Shown here one piece after another: positions 50,255 to 60,934 of a stretch of 64,000 nucleotides of DNA. The stretch is taken from the NCBI GenBank assembly GCA_963783575.1, contig CAWAOD010000015.1:32001-96000 (forward strand). Reading direction: 5' to 3'. Origin of the DNA: an uncultured Spirochaetota bacterium. Lineage in GTDB: Bacteria; Spirochaetota; Brevinematia; Brevinematales; JAOACQ01. The notes below the pieces were generated by a model that had not been told where the DNA came from, ran no database searches, and saw only the letters and a list, made by a program, of their open reading frames with translations. The translations under genes were made by a program, and so were the position numbers. Numbering within the stretch: the first letter of the stretch is position 1; the number at the start of each line of letters is the position of its first letter.

Positions 50255-51472
50255 CTATCCGGCGGCTGGAAAGAAAACCGGATTTTTGGGTATGTACATA
50301 ATTTTACCGGATATACCATTTGGAATCAGCATAGCGGCAGTTGAACCGTCATTTAGTTTACAATTTACAATCTGCCTGCTACCGTCAAAAAAATGCGCCG
50401 ATTCAATTTCAGCCGGTATACCGTTCTGCACAATTTCAACTTCTTCAGCCCTGTAAGCCATTTTGTAGGTCCCATCAGCCGAATTGCACGGAAAACCATA
50501 CGGTAATACATTCCCGCTTTTTATTTCAACTTCCATTATATTTACTTCAAACCTGGAAGTGAGTTCCATAATCTTAAAATTTAACGGATGCCTGTATACA
50601 TTTTGAGTCTCACCGAACTGTACAATCCCGCCGTCAATTATAACAGCCATATAATCGCTGATAGCCAGGGCGTCATCAGGATCATTCATTGTGATGATAA
50701 CGGTGGAACCGATTTCTTTAAGCAGTTTCCTGATGAAGCTTCTCATTTCCACCTGAACCATTCTGTCAAGCTGGCTCATCGGTTCATCCATAAGAAGCAG
50801 ACTGAATTTTCTGCTCTTTTCCCTTCCTATTGCGACAAGCTGTTTGATGCCTTCCGACAGTTCCGACGGAAAATTATCTTTATACACACTATCGATTTTC
50901 AATTCAAGCATTGTTTTTGCAAATGCTTCATCAATGGTTTTTTTCTTATCGCCATGGATCACTAATGAAAAACTGATATTGTCTTTAACATTCATATGAG
51001 GAAATAACGCGTAATCCTGGAAAACAAAACCAATATTCCTATCCTTAACATCCAGACAATCGAATCTGACCTTCCCGAAATAGATGGATCCGGACAGGAT
51101 ATTTTCAAGGCCAGCTATGGCCCTGAGTAAAAGCGTTTTACCCGAACCTGAGGGTCCGAAAAGGGAAAGGATTTTTCCTTTTGGAAGAGAAAGTGAAATT
51201 TCTTTGAGCGCAAAACCGTCTTTTTTTAAATTAAGCCGGTTTACAGATAATACATTTTCATCTAAATTAACGGAGCCGTCCCTGCTATTTAAAAATTCGT
51301 TTTTCTTATCTTTAATATAATCATTCAAATCGGAAAAAAGTATCCTGGTCGCGCTCCCAATCTTAAATGCCTTAAGCCTTCCATCGCTGACAAGATTATA
51401 TACCATCTGATTTGAAATGCCGAGGAACTTTGCCACTTCCCTTATATTCATTGCTTTATCCTGAATTTCCAT
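50255..51472 (-). CDS. Fusion of excisionase-type HTH (HTH_17) and degenerate MalK-like ABC ATPase
   Basis: MNIREVAKFLGISNQMVYNLVSDGRLKAFKIG, then GPSGSGKT, VFQDYALFPHM, LSEGIKQ, LMDEP; AGGAGG RBS before ATG at 51472. Confidence 0.85.
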   Translation of the reverse strand: MEIQDKAMNIREVAKFLGISNQMVYNLVSDGRLKAFKIGSATRILFSDLNDYIKDKKNEFLNSRDGSVNLDENVLSVNRLNLKKDGFALKEISLSLPKGKILSLFGPSGSGKTLLLRAIAGLENILSGSIYFGKVRFDCLDVKDRNIGFVFQDYALFPHMNVKDNISFSLVIHGDKKKTIDEAFAKTMLELKIDSVYKDNFPSELSEGIKQLVAIGREKSRKFSLLLMDEPMSQLDRMVQVEMRSFIRKLLKEIGSTVIITMNDPDDALAISDYMAVIIDGGIVQFGETQNVYRHPLNFKIMELTSRFEVNIMEVEIKSGNVLPYGFPCNSADGTYKMAYRAEEVEIVQNGIPAEIESAHFFDGSRQIVNCKLNDGSTAAMLIPNGISGKIMYIPKNPVFFPAAG

Positions 51473-51838
51473 ATTGGCCTCCTTTATTGTGTAATATTTT
51501 ATCACAAATAATAATAATTGTCAATAGCTTATAATGGTTTATAATGAGTTGATTAAAGCCTAAACTGAGTGATTTATATTTGTTAAAAATATTCCACTCC
51601 TATTTTTAGGAGGGGAGTTATTATTGAATAAGAATCGCTCAGTTTGGGTAAAGATCATTTTGAGTAAAGCAATACCTTTAAATGCCATAAACCCAATATA
51701 GGGACATCGATATGTAAATTAAAAAACAAGCTCTAAAAACTGGCCGTTTATGGTCTAAAAAAGATTGGATAATAGGACTTTAACAGAATAGAAAGATAAT
51801 AGATTCAACCGCTGATATTTATCTGCCTTTTATTGATG

Positions 51839-53719
51839 TTATTCTTCGAGTTTGAACATTCGAATTATATTCAGCAATTCCCTTGCAATCTGTTTGTTAT
51901 GCTCAATAATGGAGTTTACTTTTTGAACCGTCTCTAGAACTAGTTTCGAGTTCAGCTCAATCGCTTCTCCTTCCTTAACCGAGCTGTTGTTCAGTTCGAT
52001 AAAAGTGCTTTTTATTTCATCGCTGTTAATCTTGATCTTACTTGAAAGTTCGCCGATTGTCCCTGTCGCAGTCACAAGGCTTGTTGTTGTAGCAAGGACT
52101 TCCTTTAAGGCCGCCGATTGCTGTTCCATTGCATTGGCAATTTCAGCGTTTACCAGCCTTGTTTTATCAACATTGCTATGGATTTTTAAAAAGCCTTCAT
52201 CCGATTTCTTTGAGTATTCAAGTGTGTTTTTTATTTTTTTCAGGATATCATTGACCAGGTTTGAAATAGTTGCCGCATTTTGTCTTGTGGTTTCAGCAAG
52301 ATTCCGCATTTCAGATGCAACAATGGCAAAGCCTTTACCTACATCACCTGCATGAGAAGCCTCAATTGCCGCATTCATTGCGAGCATTTCGGTCTGTTCC
52401 GAAACATTGTCGATCATTTGATTCATTTCAAATATCTGTTTGCTCGCACTTTCAATATCAAGAATACCCTGGGAGGTTTTTTCGATCAGGATTTTACCTT
52501 CTTCAACCACATCAAACAAATATGAAGAAATTTCACTCGCGTTTTTTGTCCTTTCGGTTATGGAATATATATTTGCGGTCATTTCTTCAATCGAAGAAGA
52601 GCTTTCCTCAACCATCCCGGCCTGGTTCTTGATATTATTAAATATTTCGGAAATGCTTCCGACCATCTCCTCCATTTTACCGCTTGCTTTTGATGTTGAT
52701 TCTGCCTTGAGAGTTGTATTCTGGCTTAAAGCCTCAAAAAAATAATCTATACTGTCACGAAGATTTTTAATGGAAGTATCGATATTTTCGCCGGATTGAC
52801 TTATTTCCTCCGATGAAATCCGTGCTGTCTTTATCACTTTTTGAAAATTTTCTCTAAGCAGAACTAATGAATTCTCCAATTCTCCGAATTCATCACGGCT
52901 GTCGATAGTTACTTCATGTGTAAAATCCTGATTGGCTGCAAACTTAAGAAACGTTACGGCATCTTCAACATTGGAAGAAAAAGAATGTGTTGTCTTGACA
53001 AGTATATACATCAATGGTATTAAATATAAAGCGGTGTAGAAAATTAATTTAAAAAGCAGTACAGACTGACGGTCAATGCCAAGGCATCCGAAGAGGATGG
53101 AAAAAAGAGAAATTATCAGGAGGGCGATTATACCCATAAAATTTAACATTAGCCTTCCCCTGATGGAAATATATATTTCTGTAATATTCAAATATTCCTG
53201 TATATCCTTCTCCATATAAATCATCAGTATAAGAATAATCATACCGATAGCCATAAACCCGCCGATCCATCTTAATATTTCATAATGATTAAAGCTGAAC
53301 TTGCCGATATAAAGGATCTCGAAATTGGTCAGCCAGGCGAGAATAATAAGCGAACTTTGAATTATGAGGATATTCATAAATCTGGAGCCCTGTTTTATCC
53401 TTTTGGCTCTTCGCAAAAGTAAATTCAGGGTTACTGCAAAAATCAGGAAAAACACGGTACCGCGCCAGAACCAGCTCACAAGGAAAGCCTGAAATATAAT
53501 ATTGCTGAAGTCAAGATTAATAAAACCGTTGAAATAAAGAGGATTTGTAAAAACATTGTGCAAAAATCCATATATTACACAGCATATCACGCCAATATTA
53601 ATATATTTAATTGTAATCCTGTTTACCGGATCTTTACGGTTCATAAGAAAATAAACAAAGCATGCTATAAATAAAAGACCTCCGATTAAACCCGTAAAGA
53701 GACAAATATAAAATAACAT
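51839..53719 (-). CDS. Methyl-accepting chemotaxis protein (multi-TM sensor, HAMP)
   Basis: SRDEFGEL HAMP; QTEMLAMNAAIEASHAGDVGKGFAIVASEMRNLAE. Confidence 0.93.
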   Translation of the reverse strand: MLFYICLFTGLIGGLLFIACFVYFLMNRKDPVNRITIKYINIGVICCVIYGFLHNVFTNPLYFNGFINLDFSNIIFQAFLVSWFWRGTVFFLIFAVTLNLLLRRAKRIKQGSRFMNILIIQSSLIILAWLTNFEILYIGKFSFNHYEILRWIGGFMAIGMIILILMIYMEKDIQEYLNITEIYISIRGRLMLNFMGIIALLIISLFSILFGCLGIDRQSVLLFKLIFYTALYLIPLMYILVKTTHSFSSNVEDAVTFLKFAANQDFTHEVTIDSRDEFGELENSLVLLRENFQKVIKTARISSEEISQSGENIDTSIKNLRDSIDYFFEALSQNTTLKAESTSKASGKMEEMVGSISEIFNNIKNQAGMVEESSSSIEEMTANIYSITERTKNASEISSYLFDVVEEGKILIEKTSQGILDIESASKQIFEMNQMIDNVSEQTEMLAMNAAIEASHAGDVGKGFAIVASEMRNLAETTRQNAATISNLVNDILKKIKNTLEYSKKSDEGFLKIHSNVDKTRLVNAEIANAMEQQSAALKEVLATTTSLVTATGTIGELSSKIKINSDEIKSTFIELNNSSVKEGEAIELNSKLVLETVQKVNSIIEHNKQIARELLNIIRMFKLEE

Positions 53720-53801
53720 ACTTCCACCTTTAAATATTTTTTTGCAGTTATAATATACATTATAGCAGAAAATTATTATAAATATCAAAATATCGCCAAT
53801 A

Positions 53802-55061
53802 TCAGAATCTAATCTCCAACCGGGCATCGCCTTTTTTCTCAAGGGAAAATAACCGGCTTATCCCATTCATTGTAATTTCATATTCTCCGAGATAACCGTT
53901 AAAATTAATCCTTCCGTTTTGATTTAACTTAGTAATTGAAGATTTCTTCCACCATTCACCTTTTATAAGTTTTAAAAGTTCCTCATATGCTGGTTTTATG
54001 GAATTGTCAGTCCTAATAAGTCCGGCGGGAGCATTAAGCCAGCCTGCATCGGCAATATCCCACCAGGTTACGGATTCAACCTGCGGATTAGCAAAAAGTG
54101 TTCTATAATGCAGTTTAATTTCTTCAGCCTGGCGTTCTTCGCCTTCCTGAGTTGACGGCCAATTATCCATTTTGTAATCATTGAGATCTACAATCTCTTG
54201 CGGCATTAAATGTCCGGAAACGATCGAATTTTCAGTAAAGTGTAAGGGCAATTTAAAACGTGCAAAATTTTCCATAACCTGCAATGTTTTTTCAACTCCC
54301 CAGTAACCCTGATGCATATGCGACTGAATTCCTATAACATCGATCTTTATCCCGGCTTCAAGACATCCTTCCACTAGAATATCATAAGCGGAAGAAACAT
54401 CAAAATCATTCAGCAGAAAAATCGCGCCGGGGTTTTCAGCTCGAGCCGCTTCGAATACTGTTTTGACAGTTTTAATCCTGCCCATTTCCCTGCATATCCG
54501 GGTAATACCATTATCATACTTGTCAAAAACCGGCATTATCACAACTTCATTTATAACATCCCACATATTTATCAAGCCCTTAAAATCGGTTACATCCCTT
54601 TTGATTCGTGCTAATAAAGTATCGATAATTTTTTTGTTATCCATAGCAAGAAGCCATTCCGGAGCTTGCGTATGCCAGCATAAAGGATGCCCCTTCAGGA
54701 TATAATTCCTGCTGCGGCAAAATTCCGCTGCCTTAATCAGTTTTTCCGTCTTTGGTTCTCCCATACGCGGTTCAAATCTCCCCCAGTAAAAAGGAAGGAT
54801 TGCTAGGTTGAAAAGATCTTCCCTTTTTTTACTTCTGTCCTCGATCTTATCCCTTTCTGCTCCTTCAAGCTCTCCGTTCGCTAGCGGAATGGAATCAAAG
54901 GCCCCGCATCCGAAAAGAAATTTATGTTTCTTCTGCGCAATAGTGATTTCCTGGTTTGCGGCTGGTTTATCATTCAAAAAAACAGTCAATTCCGCATCTG
55001 CTGTCCGGTATTTCCTTATGTCTCTGTCGGCATTGTAACTTGAATTACTGATGTTAATCAT
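53802..55061 (-). CDS. GH10 endo-1,4-beta-xylanase family protein
   Basis: KGHPLCWH, WDVINE, IGIQSH, LHFTE. Confidence 0.88.
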   Translation of the reverse strand: MINISNSSYNADRDIRKYRTADAELTVFLNDKPAANQEITIAQKKHKFLFGCGAFDSIPLANGELEGAERDKIEDRSKKREDLFNLAILPFYWGRFEPRMGEPKTEKLIKAAEFCRSRNYILKGHPLCWHTQAPEWLLAMDNKKIIDTLLARIKRDVTDFKGLINMWDVINEVVIMPVFDKYDNGITRICREMGRIKTVKTVFEAARAENPGAIFLLNDFDVSSAYDILVEGCLEAGIKIDVIGIQSHMHQGYWGVEKTLQVMENFARFKLPLHFTENSIVSGHLMPQEIVDLNDYKMDNWPSTQEGEERQAEEIKLHYRTLFANPQVESVTWWDIADAGWLNAPAGLIRTDNSIKPAYEELLKLIKGEWWKKSSITKLNQNGRINFNGYLGEYEITMNGISRLFSLEKKGDARLEIRF

Positions 55062-55073
55062 AAAACCCCCAAA

Positions 55074-56483
55074 TTAAAATTTAAGCGTACCCCATGATCT
55101 GCCCGGCATTTCAAGATTTATTATTTTATCTCCTGATTTTACGGTAACTGATTGTTCATAGGTACCGGTATTCTGAAGTACAAGGACGGTTCCGCCGTCA
55201 GGATTCAAGAATGCCAAAACATCTTCCTTACCTTTTGTTTGAAGAACGATTGCGCCGGGTTCCACAAAATAGGAAAAATGCTTAAAGGCATAAAACATAG
55301 GAGTATAAATTATATTTTTTGTACTCCGGTCTATCACCACAGCGGAATTCTGAGGCCAGGGTTTAATCGAATCAATATTTTTCCCTTCCTGATCCAGAAC
55401 CATATTCCACAAAGTATATATATTTACACCCGCCTTTATATATTCTTTGACCTTAGTCCAGGTATAACTTCCATAATCCCAGTCATTCTGAGGATTATCC
55501 GAATCATAACCGGGCCTCCATGGCCAGTTACCGCATTCTGTCTCAGTCTGTACAATTTTTAACTGCGGAAATTCATTTTTAGTTCTTGCTACATTTCCCA
55601 ACCCATTCCATTGGTAGCCTACAGCAGTGATATATTTCAAAGCTTGAGAATCGGTAAGCACTGTTGCCGGAAATGAATCATAGTCGCTGTCCTGAAGAGT
55701 TCCAAGCCATATCCCCGCTTTAATATGCCGGTTTTGAAAAAGCGGCCCCATGTGATCCCTTATAAAAGTTAAAAACTCGCCGGGTGTCCAGAAACAACTC
55801 GGATAATGCGTTTCAATAAACGGCTCGTTCTGGATGCAGGATGCATATATATTGATCCCTTCGGCCTGATACGATTCGATAAACCTCGCCAAATAAAGGG
55901 CAAAAGCTTCCATAATTTCCGGATCATTCAGCATAAACCCGCCATCAAATTCCCCCGAAGATTTCATCCAGGTCGGCGGAGTCCAGACAGATCCCCAAAT
56001 CTTTAGATCGGGCCGGTATTTCATTGCGGCTTTGATGTAGGGTATTAAATAACTCCTATCTATATCGATTGAAAAATTCTCCATTTTAAAATCGTCTTTT
56101 GTTTCATCCAGGGTGTACCGCTTCATTGCATAGTCGCTGGCGCCGATTGGTACACGGCAGATATTGAACTTGCAGCCATCATTGGTATCGAATAAAGCTT
56201 TTATTACTGAATCCCTTGCTCCAGCCGGCAGAATATTCAGTATATCCCATCCCTTCTCATTAAAAGCCCCTCCGAACCCGTCTATTGTTTGAAATCTGAC
56301 AGAATTATCAATCTCAACCTGATCCGTTGATTGAACAATAGCGGTACTGTCCGGAATTTTAGACTCAATCCATGGTGATTTTTCAGTACTTACAATCCAC
56401 CGCAATTCTTTTGAATATGATTCTGCTGCCTGTAATGAAAATCCTAAAAACAGGAAAATCAATAATAAATAATATTTAATCAC
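55074..56483 (-). CDS. GH30 glycoside hydrolase, secreted
   Basis: QTIDGFGGAFNE, RVPIGASD, WTPPTWMK, IQNEP, QTETE, LWNMVLD. Confidence 0.9.
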   Translation of the reverse strand: MIKYYLLLIFLFLGFSLQAAESYSKELRWIVSTEKSPWIESKIPDSTAIVQSTDQVEIDNSVRFQTIDGFGGAFNEKGWDILNILPAGARDSVIKALFDTNDGCKFNICRVPIGASDYAMKRYTLDETKDDFKMENFSIDIDRSYLIPYIKAAMKYRPDLKIWGSVWTPPTWMKSSGEFDGGFMLNDPEIMEAFALYLARFIESYQAEGINIYASCIQNEPFIETHYPSCFWTPGEFLTFIRDHMGPLFQNRHIKAGIWLGTLQDSDYDSFPATVLTDSQALKYITAVGYQWNGLGNVARTKNEFPQLKIVQTETECGNWPWRPGYDSDNPQNDWDYGSYTWTKVKEYIKAGVNIYTLWNMVLDQEGKNIDSIKPWPQNSAVVIDRSTKNIIYTPMFYAFKHFSYFVEPGAIVLQTKGKEDVLAFLNPDGGTVLVLQNTGTYEQSVTVKSGDKIINLEMPGRSWGTLKF

Positions 56484-56650
56484 TTACTTCTCCTTAAACA
56501 TTATTTTATCCGGCAATAGAATGATAGTCAAAAATTATTCCAATTTTTTGACAAAAAATTTAAGCTCTAATAAAATATCTTAATTGATTACCAATATTAA
56601 TATTGACACTATATTATTTTGACATATTAAAATTATTTAGGAGGCCATAT

Positions 56651-57190
56651 ATGTTTAGAAAAGTTACTTTAGTTCTCTTTATTCTAACCGGATGCTTGTG
56701 GTTTGTATCCTGCGGCGGAGCCGCATCAAACAGTGCAACAACAAAACCGGCCCAGGGTACTACCCCAAACCTGGCTCTCGGTAAAGAAGCGGTTGCCTCT
56801 TCTTTTGAACCAGCCAACCAGTACAACGGCGGCGTTGATTCAGTAGCAAAATTCGCCGTTGACGGCGATATGACGACACGCTGGTCGTCTGATTACAATC
56901 ATGATGCAAATCCCAATGATGCTTGGATTTATGTTAACCTTGGAGCTAAAACAGCATTCCAGACAATTAATATAACCTGGGAACCCGCAATGGCGTCGGT
57001 ATATAATATAGAAACATCGGATGACGCTAAAACCTGGACAATAGTTACCAATATTACGGGAAATGCATCCGCCAGAAACACACTTAAATTTGATCCGCCA
57101 ATTACCGCTCAGTATGTAAAAGTACATGGAATTGCACGTAAAACTGCTTACGGATATTCAATATGGGAACTTAAAATTTTCGCTCAGTAA
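56651..57190 (+). CDS. F5/8 type C (CBM32/discoidin) lipoprotein
   Basis: Lipobox FVSC; NLALGK..ASS, AVDGD..TRWSS, WIYVNLG, YGYSIWE; RBS AGGAGG. Confidence 0.88.
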   Translation: MFRKVTLVLFILTGCLWFVSCGGAASNSATTKPAQGTTPNLALGKEAVASSFEPANQYNGGVDSVAKFAVDGDMTTRWSSDYNHDANPNDAWIYVNLGAKTAFQTINITWEPAMASVYNIETSDDAKTWTIVTNITGNASARNTLKFDPPITAQYVKVHGIARKTAYGYSIWELKIFAQ

Positions 57191-57213
57191 TCTTGTAAAA
57201 TATTTTTAAATTT

Positions 57214-57242
57214 ACCGCCTCTGATCAAAGAGGCGGTTTTTT
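57214..57242 (+). terminator. Rho-independent terminator
   Basis: accgcctct-gatcaa-agaggcggt followed by T-run. Confidence 0.8.
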
Positions 57243-57260
57243 ATTGATAAATACCTTTCT

Positions 57261-57476
57261 GAAATTAAATGGAACAGCACCGAAATTAAAATCAGCGTTG
57301 ACAGAAATCACTATTTTGCTATGGATATTTCAAGTGAAGAAAAAAACGCATTCAGACAGCCATTTTATATTATTCTTGATCTTGCCGTTGGCGGAAACTT
57401 GCCGGGATATCCAGATTTCTCTGCTGTTTTCCCGCAATATATTCTATTAGATTGGTTAAGAGTGTATCAAAAATAA
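57261..57476 (+). pseudogene. C-terminal remnant of a GH16 beta-glucanase
   Basis: Unlisted frame EIKWNSTEIKISVD...AFRQPFYIILDLAVGGNLPGYPD...FPQYILLDWLRVYQK*; no start, no catalytic E.D.E motif. Confidence 0.75.
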
Positions 57477-57478
57477 AT

Positions 57479-57853
57479 TTACCTCAATGATTGTTGGGCG
57501 CTCAGATACTCCATTGCTTCTTCCCTTGTCTGGAAAGTATTGAAATTTCTCCCGGTTATTTTACTTACTGTCGCAATTACTATTTTCAGTAAACCGGTAA
57601 TGCCTACTACGGCTGTACTCTTTATAAACGGAGTATTGTGTTTAACAAACTCAGTAATAACATCAAGCATTTCGGAATTGAACCTTACATTCGTGGCATC
57701 AAGCAAAGCCAGAACGGATTTCAACGGCTGGCTGGCTATGATTCCCTTGGCGGTTTCAATAGTATTTAAATATTCATCACCGGGTCCCAAATTTGTTAAA
57801 TCCTCCAGTAAAATAGATTTGCCTTTGTACTCAATAAAAATTATCCTATCCAC
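57479..57853 (-). CDS. STAS/SEC14 (SpoIIAA-like) small protein
   Basis: IEYKGKSILLEDL...TAVVGITGL...FQTREEAMEYL; GGAGG RBS before GTG at 57853. Confidence 0.7.
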   Translation of the reverse strand: MDRIIFIEYKGKSILLEDLTNLGPGDEYLNTIETAKGIIASQPLKSVLALLDATNVRFNSEMLDVITEFVKHNTPFIKSTAVVGITGLLKIVIATVSKITGRNFNTFQTREEAMEYLSAQQSLR

Positions 57854-58229
57854 AAAGTACCTCCAACAGAATATGAGTATACTATTATCCACCCTCTTAA
57901 ATCATTTCAAATTTAATTTCAAATTGTTAAAGATTTTATTATATTGCCTCATATTTGTCAATACCAATTAAGTTTCTATAATGATTAAATATCCAACAGG
58001 ATGAATATCAACAATATTGCAAGGGTTGCAAGCGGGAATATAATTAGCGGCTATTCTTGTATAAAAAAGAGCGGCCATTTTTATCATAATCTTTTTTATT
58101 TCGGTTAAATTAATGAATAGTCTTAAAAGACCAATCTTATTTTAAAAAAATGAGCCATTCAGACTATTGAAATAAGCCGGAACTTTATATTAAAATAAAG
58201 TGAACTTATAATATTGCGAAGGAAATTTT

Positions 58230-60920
58230 ATGAACAAATCGATTTTTATTTTTTCTTTTTTACTAATTTTTACCGCGATACTTCTATCCGGTTGCGGAAT
58301 AGTTGAAAAAGTACCGGATTTGAATAAATCCTCCTGGCTTCTTCTAGGGACTTTTGAAAACCGTTTATCCTCGGATGGTTTTTCCGAATGCTCCGGATTT
58401 AACAGGGATTTTCTTGCCCGATCAGGCGGAGAAACAGGAATAATTCCGGTGGAAGGCCAGGTTTTGACCGATGAAACTCCATCGACAGCCAAAATACAGA
58501 CCATCGCCCAGACTATAAAAACTTGGAAAAAAGTTCTACCAGTGGATAATACAATAAATCTTGCACAGCAATTCGGCGGGGTTGATTTTGCCGTTGCATA
58601 CGCTTTCTGCGAGTTCACATCTTCTAAAGAGGAAACCGCTATTTTAAAGCTGGGTTCAGATGACGGGATTAAAGTCCGGCTGAACGGTGAATTAATCTTT
58701 AGCAGGCATATTCACCGCCAGTTGAACAGGGATGATGATATTCTGCCGGTGCGTATTTTAGCCGGTACAAACCGGCTTTTGTTGAAAATCGAACAGGTCA
58801 AAGGTGAGTGGGGATTTTTTGTGAAACTTTCCCCTTTAGAAACCGAGAGAAAAATATGGAACAATAATTCTCATCATAATCTTGATATTATTATCAATCA
58901 AAAAGCTTCTAACAGTATTGAAATACTCACAGAAGGAAAACCCGGATTCAGTCAGAACGAGCCATTATCAATCAATATAAATGATTTCCAGGGGAATATT
59001 GTTTCTTCAACAAACGGCTACATCGGTGAAAGAATATCGGTAAAACTTTCCGAAGAAATATCGGGAGTTTACCGGGTTACAGCGGTAAGCAAAAATCAAA
59101 AAGAATTATCGGCAAAAAGCCTTTTATTACTGGGAGATATCGATAAAATCAGAAAAGACGGCATCAATAAAGCCCTTTTGACTGCCGAAAAATTCAAAGG
59201 TATGAGCAAGAATCCGGACATCTATGCCACCTGCACATTTTTAGCGGATCAATTGAATAACAAACTTCATCCGGCACTGAGAACAATCGAACGCAATATG
59301 CAGGCCATCGATGATATTTATGAATTATATAACAGATTTTCAACAAATAACTCAAATTCCGGTATTATACCCGGGATTCACCAGTGGGCTTACCTATCCC
59401 CGGTTGATATGACATGCCAGCCCTATACCGTATATGTGCCTGAATCATACAACCGGTTAAAAAAATATAAATTACTGATAGCTTTGCACGGCTATTCCGG
59501 TGAAGATAACGGAATTGCTAAAAGTATTTCACAGGCAAAACCAGAAGATTTTATTATCGCAGCGCCTTTTGCCAGGGGGTCCCTCGCTTACGCGTCGATA
59601 GGCGAACAGGACGTTCTGGAAGTGATGGACAGGCTTACAAATGCTTATAATATAGACCCGGACAGGATTTATATAATGGGCATCTCAATGGGAGGATATG
59701 GAACCTGGCGTTTTGCGCAGTTATATGCCGACCGCTTTGCGGCTGCGGCAGCTTTCTGCGGCTGGACGGGTACCGATTATCTGTCTAATTTGAGGAACCT
59801 TTATACTTATGTGTTTCATGGCGATGTTGATCCTGTTGTATCCATTGAACCAGACCGCCGCGCGGTTTCTATTTTAAAAAAATTGAATTATCAGGTTCAT
59901 TACGAGGAACTGCCCGGTGTTGACCACGATGCCTGGAACGGGTGGATCAGGATAACAAAAAACCCTTCTCTTATTTTTGAATACTTAAGAAAACATAAAA
60001 GAAATCAATGGCCTGATAATGTCGATATTTCAGCATCCAACCTCCGTTACGGAAAGTTGTACTGGGGCGGAATAGTTGAACTGGAAAATCCGTTTAAACC
60101 GGGAAAATTGTCTCTTAAGCTTGTTGATTCTAAAAAAATAAAAGCGATTACTGAAAATATTAATCTGTTCAGTATAAATTTAACACATCCGAAATTAATT
60201 AAAAAAGGAAGCATTGGGATTTATATTGATGGCGAAACATTTGATGCTCCAGCCGGCCTTTCAAACGCCTCTTTTTTAAAAGAAGAGGACGGATGGACCC
60301 GGATTGACAACGAAGAACACGTTAATAAAGCTTTTCACACCGGTGCCGGAATGGGCGATCTTTTTTACAGTCCTGTTACCATTGTTTATGGGACAAAAGA
60401 CCGCAGGAATACCGAGGTTTTATATAATACAGCGGAAAAATTATCAGATTGGTCGGTTCCCGTTGAACTTGGTTTTGCCTGCCAGATTGGGAAATTTCAG
60501 GTTAAATCCGACAGGGAAATACCGGAAAGCGAATTGAAAGACAGGAACATTTTATTGATCGGCAGCCCTGAAGAAAACAGCATTATTTCAAGAATTGCGG
60601 ATAAACTTCCAGTAAAATTTTATGGAAGAAATTTTGAAATCAATGGTAAATTATATGAGAATTCGATCCTTATATTAACTGTTCCCAATCCGTGGAATCC
60701 GCTTCATTTGATTACTTTGCTTTATATGCCGGTTGATATACGAACGGCTCTTGCTATGTCCCAGCAATTGCCTCTTTACCTGTATGATTCCAGCCGCAGC
60801 GGCTATTCTTTAAATACAAGCGCTATTCCCGATCTATTAATCATAAACGGTTTATCGGATGAAAAATCTGCCGCAGGATATTTTGACAGGAATTGGGAAA
60901 ATCTGGTTCTTTCAAAATGA
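58230..60920 (+). CDS. Lipoprotein alpha/beta-hydrolase (esterase/peptidase) with N-terminal PA14-like domain
   Basis: LSGC lipobox; GSDDGIKVRLNG; IALHG, GISMGG nucleophile, FHGDVD, HDAW. Confidence 0.85.
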   Translation: MNKSIFIFSFLLIFTAILLSGCGIVEKVPDLNKSSWLLLGTFENRLSSDGFSECSGFNRDFLARSGGETGIIPVEGQVLTDETPSTAKIQTIAQTIKTWKKVLPVDNTINLAQQFGGVDFAVAYAFCEFTSSKEETAILKLGSDDGIKVRLNGELIFSRHIHRQLNRDDDILPVRILAGTNRLLLKIEQVKGEWGFFVKLSPLETERKIWNNNSHHNLDIIINQKASNSIEILTEGKPGFSQNEPLSININDFQGNIVSSTNGYIGERISVKLSEEISGVYRVTAVSKNQKELSAKSLLLLGDIDKIRKDGINKALLTAEKFKGMSKNPDIYATCTFLADQLNNKLHPALRTIERNMQAIDDIYELYNRFSTNNSNSGIIPGIHQWAYLSPVDMTCQPYTVYVPESYNRLKKYKLLIALHGYSGEDNGIAKSISQAKPEDFIIAAPFARGSLAYASIGEQDVLEVMDRLTNAYNIDPDRIYIMGISMGGYGTWRFAQLYADRFAAAAAFCGWTGTDYLSNLRNLYTYVFHGDVDPVVSIEPDRRAVSILKKLNYQVHYEELPGVDHDAWNGWIRITKNPSLIFEYLRKHKRNQWPDNVDISASNLRYGKLYWGGIVELENPFKPGKLSLKLVDSKKIKAITENINLFSINLTHPKLIKKGSIGIYIDGETFDAPAGLSNASFLKEEDGWTRIDNEEHVNKAFHTGAGMGDLFYSPVTIVYGTKDRRNTEVLYNTAEKLSDWSVPVELGFACQIGKFQVKSDREIPESELKDRNILLIGSPEENSIISRIADKLPVKFYGRNFEINGKLYENSILILTVPNPWNPLHLITLLYMPVDIRTALAMSQQLPLYLYDSSRSGYSLNTSAIPDLLIINGLSDEKSAAGYFDRNWENLVLSK

Positions 60921-60934
60921 ACCGGGGAGTATGG

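Noticed and set aside
57244..57450. Listed 68 aa ORF
   Set aside because: Wrong frame; the meaningful frame is the GH16 remnant
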